Notes under the pieces: model-generated | Database searches by the model: none | Told to the model about the DNA's origin: nothing | The model's input: the letters and a program-made list of their open reading frames with translations, nothing else | In this document: positions 13,436-25,400 of the stretch, in pieces | Position numbering within the stretch: the first letter of the stretch is position 1 | Layout: each line of letters opens with the position of its first letter | NCBI RefSeq assembly: GCF_001194135.2 | Contig: NC_068990.1 | Location: 14,620,925 to 14,684,924, forward strand | Source of the DNA: Octopus bimaculoides | Lineage: Eukaryota | Direction: 5' to 3' | DNA length: 64,000 bases | Made by a program: the position numbers and the translations under genes

Positions 13436-14525
13436 TGTAAGAACGACCGTGCGAACCAAAAGGAGAAATGGTGACGAATGGAAAAACAGGCTCCTTTTTT
13501 TAACGCGTCACACGGTCGCCACAAAAATATTCAATGATAAATATGTTATAATTCTATAACATAGAGGTCTAAGAAATGCCAGTAAGAACAAGATAGGACT
13601 CAACCGATAATGATGTATAACAGTAAGATTTATTGGAGCATTAAACTGTATGTCTGTGTGTGAGTGCGAATGCGACATAATAAAACACAATGTAAGTCAG
13701 GTTAAACAAAAGAGTGTGTGTAAGTAATACATGTATGTGAATGCGAGAGATACATAGTATTGATAAGAGTCAGTAACACGTATAAGGAACTATACCAGTT
13801 CTTAGTTAGAGTACACAGTGGTAAGTGTCTGTATATAAGAAGTTAAAGCGTTAGGGCGGAGCGATCACTCGTCGTGATGTTAGGGCTTCTATGCCGGGCC
13901 GGGTTCTTGAATACAGATGTTCTTCGCAGGTGTCGGATTCTGGCTGTTATTTTCGTGGTGAAGAAATCACACAAACAGGGTCGAGAAGAGAAGCTGCGGT
14001 TAGCTGTTGGTAGCTTGTGTATGTGTAGAGTCATGTTGACGCTGTCGGCGATGCTGGTAGTCGTAGAGTCGTGTTGCTGCTGGCGACGGCGGGGGCGATG
14101 CTTGTAGTTTGTAGTTGAAGTGGTTGTTGATGTCGTCGCTGGAACTGGCTGGTTGGTTGGTGCTGTGTTACGCGTGTGTGGTCAGTGGCCAGATCTAAGA
14201 TCTGAGGCGCGACGAATNNNNNNNNNNTTGGTGCTGTGTTACGCGTGTGTGGTCAGTGGCCAGATCTAAGATCTGAGGCGCGACGAATTGGCGGGTATAA
14301 TTTAGGCTATTTATAGGAAAATAGGGGCTCCAGGAAAGCATTAGAAGAAACACTTTCACGTGACCTTATTAGTGACTGTGGTTGGTCAGTTTGCGTCCTG
14401 GGGTGAACGGACTGGAGATAATTTACCCGCGCAAAGAATAGCCAGTCAGGTGATGACAGGGAATGAGTTGCTTTCTACTACGCTCGCGTTTGTTAATATT
14501 TATAGTGAGAGAAGTGTTCACTACA
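13436..14525 (-). mobile_element. Solo LTR (Gypsy-type by 4-bp TSD)
   Basis: Termini TGTAAGAAC...GTTCACTACA with TSD CGTA on both sides. Minus-strand TATA (CCTATAAATAGC, 14306-14317), E-box TCACGTGAC 14356-14364, minus-strand AATAAA 13629-13634. Confidence 0.75.
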
Positions 14526-15571
14526 CGTATATATGAATACATCCTCACTAGTAGTACTATTTTGTTAAGCGCATCTACTAAGCAGTATGAACTGTGTCTA
14601 AGGCAGATACGCACAGTGTGTATCACTCCGCTATAGATACTGTTTGTAAACATGTCAAGTAAATAAACACGTAGAATCATAGCAATTAGAGCTTCTATAA
14701 GATGAGTGATGAGTATTTTAAATACTTTCTCCTGCTCTTTATCCAATTTGAATTTTTTAGATTTAAATTATAAAAGTGGTTCGGTTTTCTGCATCGATGC
14801 CGCAATAAATCTTCTATAATACTTTAAACTTGATATCTTTTTGATGTCCTCCTTTGATTTCGAAATGGGTACACACACACACAAACATAATGTTAGTTTC
14901 GCTACTAGCTCCTGAGATAAGAGAAGCCCCCTTTTCAGATATATTCTTTGTCAGAAACGCCAGACTTGTTTTTACTGTTGAGAGATAATTGTGCCTTAGT
15001 TAATCTAGCAACTATTACATTCTCCCTACTCACTAACTTGATTAAGTGCTGGCATAGATAAGAGAACTGCCTCGATGCATTCTAACTTACTCTTCAATCA
15101 CTTTTAGTAGTTTCCATATATTCTGAAAAACACCACTTGAATCCTGAAGACCTATTTGATTCTGTGTTCTAAGTATAGGTCATTTGTTGTATTAATATAA
15201 CGGATATGCTGTGTATCGTCAGATAAAGTTATTTGTTAATGTGCATGCTTTAAATGTAGCGTAGAGAAAAAGATTTGCGTTTGTTATACCACGGGAACAT
15301 GAATTAATTGATGGTACAGGAAATGAATATGTGCTACTATGTGCCAATACATGTATTTAAATGCGCCTTGTAATCATCCCACATACGAAGAGACATCTCT
15401 CTCTTTCTTATCCAGACTACATGTAAAGCATACCTGACTCTAAAGGAATCTGACAGTATAATAATGCTCATTATTTCTAATCTTTGCAACACATCGTTAA
15501 CTTCCTAAAATGGAACTCGTGTGACTGAACAAATCACACTACAACTTGCAACATAACAGTTAATATAAATA

Positions 15572-15787
15572 CGAGGGGGTGCTGAAAAGTTCCTAACTTT
15601 AAGGGTGTTGCGAAAGACTTGGCTGGAGGCCTAACTTTCCGAGTTCTGTTACAGAGCTTTGAAAAACTGAAGGGTCACTGCAATAAGTGTGTGAATCTGA
15701 GAGGGGAATATGTTGAATAAAATCATAATTAACTGATCCTCCTATATGTTCATGTACCCAAAGCCAGGAACTTTTCAGCAACCCTCG
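15572..15787 (+). mobile_element. Mariner-derived MITE
   Basis: TIRs CGAGGGGGTGCTGAAAAGTTCCT / AGGAACTTTTCAGCAACCCTCG, TA TSD. Retains the transposase C-terminus (KCVNLRGEYVE*). Confidence 0.85.
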
Positions 15788-15854
15788 TACAAGACCATTA
15801 ATTTCTTATTTCTTTATTGCCCACAAGGGGATAAACATAGAGGGAACAAACAAG

Positions 15855-16332
15855 GGATCTTTTTTAAAACGGGGGCCACATTTTTCATTAATGTTTTACG
15901 TAGTGTTTTTGGTACCGAAAGACTTTCAAACTTCGTATACTTATCTATTTTGTGTTATAGAACAGAAAAATATTTTTGTATTCGAATTTATTTCATGTAA
16001 AAAATTGTCTTATTTCGATAATTTCAACCAATCACTGACGTCCATTCAGCCGATATACATTAAGTGCCGACTACATAAACAAACGATTCTTCGTTTTATT
16101 TGCTTTCTTCATTTTAAATTTGCTTTAACCCTAACCCTAACCCTAACCCTAGGGTTAGGTTTAGGGTCCTAACCCTANNNNNNNNNNNNTAACATGGAAT
16201 AATTTATGGATTTCTTTTTTTTTTTAAGAAGACTAAGAGAAAAAGATGTTTTATATGACACATTCTACCAGTGTTCCAAGTTTCAAAGTGTTTCGTTAAT
16301 GAAAAATGTGGCCCCCGTTTTAAAAAAGATCC
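15855..16332. mobile_element. Merlin-like fold-back MITE with telomeric core, copy 1 (contains an N gap)
   Basis: TIR GGATCTTTTTTAAAACGGGGGCCACATTTTTCATTAA at both ends. 8-bp TSD CAAACAAG. Inserted into a SINE. (CCCTAA)n/(TTAGGG)n centre. Confidence 0.9.
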
Positions 16333-18434
16333 CAAACAAGGACAGACAAACGGGTTAAGTCGATTACACGACCCCAGTGCGTACCTGGTACTTAATTTAT
16401 CGACCCCGAAAGGATAAAAGGCAAAGTCGACCTCGGCGGAATTTAAACTCAGAACGTAAAGACAGACGAAATACTGCTAAACATTTCGCCCGGCGTGCTA
16501 ACATTTCTGCCTTTAGACAATTAATTTCTGGTGAGGTCTTCATTTTTAAATGAAAACATAATCAGCTGTCTTTAATAATATTTTCTTCAATCAGTCCAAA
16601 AATGAAAGGGGGCTATTCCTCTGTCATCTGTGCCACTGAGTTTTAATTTTACCTGAATCGACCTAAACACCTTTAAATCAAGAGGGAGTTTTATAATAAT
16701 GTAGAATTTGGTTGATTCTCATGTAAGCTGTCAGTTGCTAACAAATAATATATTTCTTGTTTGTATGGTTGATATAAGGGTAGCTATGTCAATGTATTTC
16801 ACTTTAGGATTATAATTGCTCTCAAATACTTGATAAATATTTATTATTACACCCGTCTCCAAACTCTGATCGGTGAACTTTCGGAATAGCTATAGCATGG
16901 AGAAGGCAATGAACAAACAATTGGGTGGTTGTTTCCCTCTGCAAAAGAACTACTTATCCAAAACATTTAATTTTCTTTTATTTTTGCCTCCCCGCCAATA
17001 TCCCGTGCTTTTTCCCCAGTAAACTTACTATTTATACGTTTCTCGAAAAGGGTGCAATAGTAGAAGTTTACCAAATCTTTAACTGTACAAATGATGATGA
17101 TGATGATGATGATGATGAGCCAGCAATAAAACTTAGAGTGATTATTTCTTCTATAGGTCCCCTGAAGAAATATTATTTCTTCTATAGGAGTAAGCAAAGC
17201 TCCTATCTGACACTTCACCACCACAAACAAGTTTTGACAAGCGATACAGCTATAATGCAGGAAATGTCGGCTTCCGTTCCCTGTTTGAACTAAAAGTTAT
17301 CAAAATCTAAACCCCAATAACATTTTTTCTAAATTTTTTCTGAGAATAAATGCATCCCAAATTTGGATTCAGCGTGAAAAGTTACATCACTATACCAAAT
17401 TTGAAAATTTTCGCTTAATTTTAAAATTTCCAAATTTGTGACAGCAATCGAAAGGATCTTGTGTATGCAGCATCTTTAAGATTCATAGGGGGAAAAAAAC
17501 ATCTTTGAAATTCATTACATTATCAACTCTGTAGGTTGAAAGAAATATAGACTTCTTTTTGGTCTCTACGATGTTCTCATACACAATTTTTGATAGGGAT
17601 AATAGTGGCGCATCGGAGAAATGAGCAACCGTGAGGTAGAGTGGCTGCTACAGCGAGTGTCGCTGGTCATTCTCTGCAGCAAAGCCATCACGGTCATTAT
17701 CACGGGAGGCAGCTGAGCACGCCATTTGTTCTGACGTATGTGGCCCATCGCCCTCCATCTCATGCATCTTCCTCTTTTTTTCTTTTCTTTCTTTTCCTTT
17801 CCTATCTCTCTTTTTACTTGTTTCTTTGTATTTAAATTCACTTCCTGCCAATGAAATAAATTACAATATAGTTTTAATCCAAACTATATTAGTCAAACAT
17901 AGGGCGTCGAGCTGGTAGAATCGTTTGCACACCGGGCGAAACGCTTAGTGGTATTTCGTCTGCCGTTACGTTCTGAGTTCAAATTCCGCCGAGTTCGACT
18001 TTGCCTTCCATCCTTTCGGGGTCAATAAATTAAGTACCAGTTACGCACTAGGGTCGACTTAATCCCTTTGTCCTTGTTTGTTCCCTCCTTNNNNNNNNNN
18101 NNNNNNNNNNNNNNNNNNNNNNNNNNNNNNNNNNNNNNNNNNNNNNNNNNNNNNNNNNNNNNNNNNNNNNNNNNNNNNNNNNNNNNNNNNNNNNNNNNNN
18201 NNNNNNNNNNNNNNNNNNNNNNNNNNNNNNNNNNNNNNNNNNNNNNNNNNNNNNNNNNNNNNNNNNNNNNNNNNNNNNNNNNNNNNNNNNNNNNNNNNNN
18301 NNNNNNNNNNNNNNNNNNNNNNNNNNNNNNNNNNNNNNNNNNNNNNNNNNNNNNNNNNNNNNNNNNNNNNNNNNNNNNNNNNNNNNNNNNNNNNNNNNNN
18401 NNNNNNNNNNNNNNNNNNNNNNNNNNNNNNNNNN

Positions 18435-18765
18435 ATCGCGGTTTCGATTCCCAGACCGGGCGCTGTGAGTGTTTATTGAGTGAAAACACCTAAAGCTCCA
18501 CGAGGCTCCGGCAGGGGATGGTGGCGAACCCTGCTGTACTCTTTCACCACAACTTTCTCTCACTCTTTCTTCCTGTTTCTGTTGTACCTGTATTTCAAAG
18601 CGCCAGCCTTGTCACACTGTGTCACGCTGAATATCCCCGAGAACTGCGTTAAGGGTACACGTGTCTGTGGAGTACTCAGCCACTTGCACGCTAATTTCAC
18701 GAGCAGGCTGTTCCGTTGATCGGATCAATTGGAACCCTCGACGTCGTAAGCGACGGAGTGCCAAC
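18435..18765 (+). mobile_element. SINE family B' (same 3' tail as B, different body)
   Basis: Body ...AAAGCTCCACGAGGCTCCGGCAGGGG...; tail ...GTTCCGTTGATCGGATCAA...CGACGGAGTGCCAAC. Confidence 0.85.
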
Positions 18766-19539
18766 ATTAGCCAACTGATAAATCTCGCATGTGTAAAAAT
18801 ATTCAAAACATAACTAATAATTTTATGAGGGCGTCGAGAACGCTCACACCTTAATTTTGTTGCGCTGGCTGTATGGCTATTATTTGGTCGCTATTAAATT
18901 TAACTGTGTGTTGTCCAATAATAAACCAATTATGAAAATTGTTGAAATAACATTTTTTATTATATCGAAGTAAATTACAATATTTACGCAATGACATCAC
19001 CGCTTGCCAGGAGCATTATATAGTGCGTTAGTACCGAACGTAACTATGATTAAATCGTTAACAATAGAGATTAGCTTCGAATGGGAGGCGGGCATAATGC
19101 TTGTTCTTCCTAGTTGAAGAATTCCTTTTAACACGGGGTTGAACTTCAGTCAAGGAAAACTTGTCGAAGTAAGGGCTTGTATCTTGTGCTATCGAAGTCT
19201 GCTGCTCTCTAATTTGCTCATACAACGACAAAAGCATGGAAACTTCACAGAATATTCAATAACGTAGGGTGATATTTCTACAAGCTGATTAATCGGTAAC
19301 CGGTGCACGCCGCTTGACTTTAGTGTGGACTAAGTTCAGCTATCAAAGCTATGAGGTTTCCATTCTAGGCCTCGCTACAATTTTAAATTTGGAATTTTGA
19401 ATCTGAGACAGGTTTCAGTACCGTGGCTTAATAACTGTTAATCACTACATTTTTTTTCTTTTACAATACAGAAACGCGGTAAGTTTAACATAGATAATCC
19501 TCCTCAAGGTTTAAAATTCGCGAATGGGAAATATAATCC

Positions 19540-20092
19540 GGTGCTCCTTTGGCATGCGATCTACAAGGGAGATTACTATAGGTTACTTTTTAAATTATTT
19601 TGTACATACTTAGCATTGTAAATGTATTTTTTTAAAATTCTTACTATTTTGATATTAAGAAAACCATATATTAATTAAAATAAGCGCGTAGATCACCCAC
19701 CAAAGTAAATTTGTTCACGTAGATCACACGGAAATTAGCACTAACACAAAGTAAATCTAAAAAGTAACCTAAAGTAATCTCCCTTTTAATTGTAGCTCAC
19801 TTGGCAAAGTGGCACGTTTCTTTTCTTAGGAAATTATGTGAATTTAGTGCTGGTTTCTTGTAAAAATGCAACTGCCTTTTGGTTTCTTGTAAAAAATGTA
19901 ACTACCTTTTGGTTTCTTGTAAAAATGCAACTGCCTTCTGGTTTCTTGTAAAAATGCAATTGCCTTCATCTCGTTGCTGATCACATTATGACAATCTTTA
20001 ACCAACATCTCACAGGTTTTTAGAAATTGAAAAGTAAATTAAAGAGTAACCTAAAGTAATCTCCCTTGTAGATCACATGCCAAAGGAGCACC
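19540..20092. mobile_element. MITE with ~52-bp TIRs (GGTGCTCCTTTGGCATG...), superfamily unassigned
   Basis: Left and right TIRs differ at about 3 positions. Internal GTAGATCAC motifs, a degenerate extra right end at ~19760-19815 and a 29-bp tandem array. Confidence 0.75.
19852..19967. repeat. Four tandem copies of a 29-30-bp unit GGTTTCTTGTAAAAATGCAACTGCCTTTT
   Basis: Directly visible; units are contiguous with no spacers. Confidence 0.95.
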
Positions 20093-21399
20093 TAAACCCT
20101 CATCTTCTAGGAGGCTCGATTAAGTTTTCCAGACTGATTTAAAGGAAGAAATATTGTCCTTGACGCCGGGAAATATATTTGTTCTCTTTTCTCATACCAA
20201 CTGATGATAGCCCAGGGTTTCATCAAACGGGAGATTGAGCTGTTATCTCGTTAAATACAAGACAATCCACATTTTTGTGGAATCAGGATTTGGTCTTTTA
20301 TCTTTCGCTTGTGTTAGTCTTTGAACTTCGGCCATGCTGGAGCACCATCACGAAGGTTTTAGTCGAATAAATTCTTTAAATCTGGTATTTATTCTGTCTC
20401 TTTAATCATCTATACCCTATCCATGAGGATTAGCAGCAATGTTAGAAATCAATATCGTTGTGGTTGACTGAGAATTAAGGGAATACTACGATTGATTGAA
20501 AAATAATAATTAAACATTTCTGTTTTATATCAAAGCTCCATAAAATGAAGTTTAATTGCGATGTGTAAACATTGAACAGATTATGCACAATCAGAAATTT
20601 TGCAGAAAAGTAAATGAAAAGCATTCGTTATACATCAATAAACAGAAAAAATCCTGAACATCTGGATATTTGAGCGGTAAAGCAAATATCAGACATAAAA
20701 AAAATAACAAAATAGAATAATATCGATTTTTATGTAGAGCACGTAGAAGACTTCCGATTTATAAGAGAGAATAAATGTAATTATATAATACTCAAGCCTC
20801 TCTTTATAGCATTAGTGACATACAAGTATGCACTTCCTACTGACTTTGCTGCTTGCTGAAAACATACCGATGCTCTACTGCTGTTGTAATCTAGATTTAA
20901 AATGGCAGAGGTTCTTCTATGGATTCGAATCATATGAATTTGGCGTGAACAATCTAAAAAAAAAAAAAAAACAACCAATCATCCAAAAGCTATACCTTGA
21001 ACAGCATTTCGAATGTTCTTGAAATTCGCACCTTTTTCCCTAGTTAAGCAGTTTGTTGCCTACGTAATAGCAGAGAGATGTTAGCATTCAAGCAGGACAG
21101 ATTTTCGCTCTCGCACAACAAACTAAGGGGAAAAACCATAACAATTCGCGACGGACTCGTGTCATTTGTCTTTCACCTTCCAGATAGCAAGTGGCCAAAC
21201 AAATGCAGTTAAATCAATTCTTTCATACTATTCTAATAACCAGTGAGAAGTTGGTAATTTATGTATGCGTACATGCATAACGTTCTCTTAAAATCTTCAG
21301 ATTTCTTGAGTATACCTTCAGATTTCTTGGATATTCTCCCCTATCAAAAAGTAAAGAAAAATTTCTAGGACTTAGTGATCAAATGAAGAATGCAACTGG

Positions 21400-21605
21400 C
21401 TGGTCAATTTTTTTGACAGCCAAATCATCGATGTGCAAAGACCATGTGGTGGTGGACACCAATAGGAGGTCGGAGAAGACGAAGAAGATCAAATGTAACG
21501 AATCTTTAGGGAGGATCTGAAGGCTCTCAACAGACAATGGGAAAACAGAAAAACTATATGCAACCAATCGAGAACACTGGAGGAGAAGTAACGCCTGATA
21601 TGCAA
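21400..21605 (+). mobile_element. Older RTE-clade LINE 3' remnant
   Basis: Degenerate ...EDLKALN...NREHWR motif. Confidence 0.5.
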
Positions 21606-21838
21606 ACATAAGTGATTAATCGAGGACATTTTTTTCCATTATCCTTCGAAAGTTCAGCGACCACGTAGACGCTCCTCTATAAATGAAATGAAGCTCTTTT
21701 ATAAACATCGTTAAGTTTGATAGAAGCTGTAACTATATACCTAAGTATAATAATCACCATCTAGTCATAGGCAACTATTAACTCTATAACTCTCGTCTTA
21801 CGTTGGTAGAATATTTCACAAGAAAAAGTTGTTTAGCT

Positions 21839-22019
21839 TGTAGTAACGCCGTGCGCCTGCGTAGTCTCACGCATGCGTGGAATTAAACAAGCAAGCTTTC
21901 CCGCTTAATTCTATCTTTTTCTTGCTGGCCAGCAATAGAGCATGGACGTGTCAAGCAGTGTCTCTGACATTCCAGCCTGGAGACAGTCTCTTTACGTGTA
22001 TAGCTGTCACTCTCCATCT
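21839..22019 (+). mobile_element. Same TG...TA element, 3'-truncated copy B
   Basis: Near-identical to the first ~180 nt of copy A. Confidence 0.8.
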
Positions 22020-22220
22020 ATGTCAGGTGTACTCGAGCAGAGCTTTGATTAAACACAACCCAACAATGATCATTCTGGTGAGTGTGTGTGTGTGTGCTAC
22101 TTGCGTTGTAGATATAAAAAGCATGGCAAATTCAGCTATTTCTCTGTAGACTGGAAAAAATAAACGCCGACAATCCTTAATCGATTCTTCGAACCGTACT
22201 CGATTTTCAAGAATTGTCTA

Positions 22221-22418
22221 CAATAATCCTTCTCCATATTGCGGTTTATTATTTAAGCTTACGTCGATTCCTCCGTGATGTTGTTTTGCATTTATAATAA
22301 AATGAATATATACAAATTATAAAAAATATACAGTACAGTACTGTTTCTAGTTCGCGGATTTTACTTATTGCGGGGTGCGGTTTGGAATGTAACACCCGCG
22401 ATCGTCGAGGGATTACTG
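22221..22418. mobile_element. Degenerate pogo/Tigger-like MITE
   Basis: Right end CGAGGGATTACTG is the reverse complement of CAGTAATCCCTCG; left end is the degenerate CAATAATCCTTCTC preceded by TA. Confidence 0.45.
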
Positions 22419-25400
22419 AACATCATTTGTCCAATCCTGGCGAAATGAACAGCTTATCTGTTTATATATATGTAGCGAGCTGGATGTGATGTACCATGTC
22501 AGTTCGATATGATGTAGCCTACTACTGAATGTAGCGTATAGATGTAAAGCTTCAAGGTTCTCGCGTCGGAGTAACCAGTGAACATCGAAGAATTAACACC
22601 AAGAAGGAAGAAATGTTATTTACATATATTTATTGGTTTACCCGACAGGTTGTTAGAGACAGTAGCAATTCTAGTGATGGTGACGACACGGATGACTCGC
22701 TAGATAGTAGCTGATATGTAGAAAAAGGTTGTCTGTCAGTAGAGAGGGAAAGAGTAAGGTAGTCATGATGCTGACTAGAAAGGAAGAAAAGATAAAGGCA
22801 GCATCGCCTTTCTTACGGCCAAAAGCCTCTCTTCGCATGTCGAGCGAAAGGCAAAGGAAAGTGCTGCTCTTGGTTAAGGTTGACGCAAAAGCGAGTGTTG
22901 TTCCTTGGTCTGGCTGACACCTAAGAGCCGCTGTTGCTCCTTGATCATAGCTGACACGTCAGAGAGAGAGAGGTAGAAAATTCTCTCTGTTATATAGGCT
23001 ATGGTCAGTAATGTAGGTCAAACATTAAACAAAGGACTCACCTTTCCTTGACCAGTACAGGTCCTAGGGGGTGGAGAGTTTCTTCATCAATCATCTAGTG
23101 TGGAGGATTTCCCGCTCGTTTTGACAAGCAACAATCCGGTGGATTTGGTTTCAAATTTCAAGCAGAGTCAAGCTTGGTTCGCTAGAGCACACACAGGCTC
23201 ACCCCCATCCGCACACCTCATTTCACCCAGATCACCATTATTATCTCCCCTTCACTCAGCCTCTTTCTTCCCGTCATTTTATCCTATTAAACCATTTATC
23301 CCAATACATTTTTTCCTCTAATCCCTTTCTGTTGAAGAGTGTAGGCTCGAAATGTCGAAGACTTTTCCATTCTTCCTGAGAGTCAAATTAGTACACCCGC
23401 TTGTTATTCCCTCACCTGTCTTTGTCTTGTTTTTTCTGTACATTTCAACTATATGTATTTCTTTACTACTCTGGGCACAAGGCCTGAAATTTTTGTGGTG
23501 GGGGCCAGTCAATTAAATCGATCCCAGTACGCAACTGGTACTTAATTTTTTGACCCTGAAAGGATGAAAAGCAAGGTAAACCTTGACAGAATTTGAACTC
23601 CGAGCATAAAGACAGACGAAATACTAAGAATTTCACCCAGCGCGCTAACGTTTTGCCAGCTCGCTGCCTTGAACTCTATGTATTTCACAAATGCATGTGT
23701 ATATATGTGCAGGGGCGGTTAGTGTGGTTGAATGGTTAAAAAATTTGTTTCACAACCATGACATAATAGGTTCAATTCCACTGTGTGACACCTTGGGCAA
23801 ATATAATTTTCTATTGCCTTGGGTCTATCTATAGCTTGCAAATGAAATTGGAAACAGAAACCTGTAAGCCCTATTGTACCTGTAATTCGAAATACACAGC
23901 CTTGTACACACTGGTTCTACCTGAGAATTACGTTAAGGGTACATGGGTGTCTATGGAATGCTCAACCACTTACACGTTAATTCAGAAGCAGTTAACTCAG
24001 TCTGTCGTAAAACTCAGTTCTTTCATGGAACGATGGAGATCCACCACACCTGTTTGGTATCTCATACTGAGAAAGGCTAAAGAGCTAGAAACATGTCTAT
24101 ATCAGTTTGGAGAAGAGAAAGTGGAGGAAATAAAAATTTAAAAAAAACACTGTTCATCAATTTTCAAAATAAATACACAAACAAAAGTAAAATTATTATC
24201 CTTTTTATTAAAATAGCTATTGAAAATTCACCAAAGTGAATGTGCAGGGTAGAAAAAAAAATAAATAACAAAAATCAATAAATTAATGGTGACATATTTA
24301 TCACAATTTGACAGGATTATGAAGATAAATGGAAAATGCTGCTAGTTTTGTTCATAATTTAACAGCATTCAAGATTATAACTGTATACTCTGATTAGAAA
24401 GTTATCGATAACAACACTGTATAATATAGCAAAGATTTACTTGGGTATTAATAACAGATTTATGTTGGTTCTACATCTAATAATAATTATTCTTTCTACC
24501 ATTGGCACAAGACCTGAAATTTGGGAGAATGGGCTTGCTGATTACATTGACCCAGTGCCAAACCGATGCTTATTTCATCAACCACAAAAGGCAATGTCAA
24601 CCTTGACAAAATTTGAGCTCGAAATGTAAAGCTGAGAGAAATACTGGTAAGCATTTTGTGTGGCACAGTAACAATTCTATGAGTTTGTTGCCAATCTTAT
24701 TCCTTTCTATAGGCACAAGGCCTGTAATTCAGAGAAAGGGGGCTAGTCAGTTACATCGTCCCCCCACCCCAGTGCTCATCTGGTGCTTATTTCATCAACC
24801 CTGGAAAGATGAAAGGAAAAGTTGACCATGGCAGCATCATCAAGCCAGAATAATGCAGCTAAGTATTTTGGCTGAAGAGTTCCAAGCAACTTGAAGAGGG
24901 AAGAAAACAATAGTTAAATTCACAATTTGAGAAATTAAAGTTAAAGGGAAATGAAAACAAAAAATGTTTAGAATTTGGCCCTGATCAAGAAAACAGAATT
25001 GATACATATTTAAGTAAACAGAACTTCACCTAATTAACCTAAAGCTGTAAATAAAGACGTCCAATTCAAAGACTATTCTAAGTACACTTTTGGTATAAGC
25101 TTTAAACTGTAAGGTAAAAATATAGTTAAGACACTAATTGTTTGAAATTCTGTATATAAAAGGTATATATTAGCAAGCCCTATATAAGATACAAAATGTG
25201 TGATATATTGTGCATTTCCCAAGGCCACTAGTGACAGAAGTAAAATAGAAGTACACACAGCCAAGAATCAAAACTAAGATGTAAACTCTGGCTCACTAAC
25301 AGCCAACATCCTATCTCTAGTACAGTATTACAACTAGATGTTGGCTTACATTGTGTAACAATTTTTTTGTTTTTGTCTTTGGTCAGTGTTATTTTGTACT

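Noticed and set aside
13843-14034. 63-aa ORF as a host gene
   Set aside because: Inside a solo LTR with no recognisable protein features.
14159-14286. 59-bp direct repeat across a 10-N gap
   Set aside because: Typical unmerged contig overlap at a scaffold gap, not biological.
16111-16177. TTAGGG repeats as a real telomere or chromosome fusion site
   Set aside because: They lie inside a TIR/TSD-bounded MITE present three times.
19852-19967. 29-bp repeats resembling a CRISPR array
   Set aside because: Units are contiguous with no unique spacers, there are no cas genes, and the context is eukaryotic.
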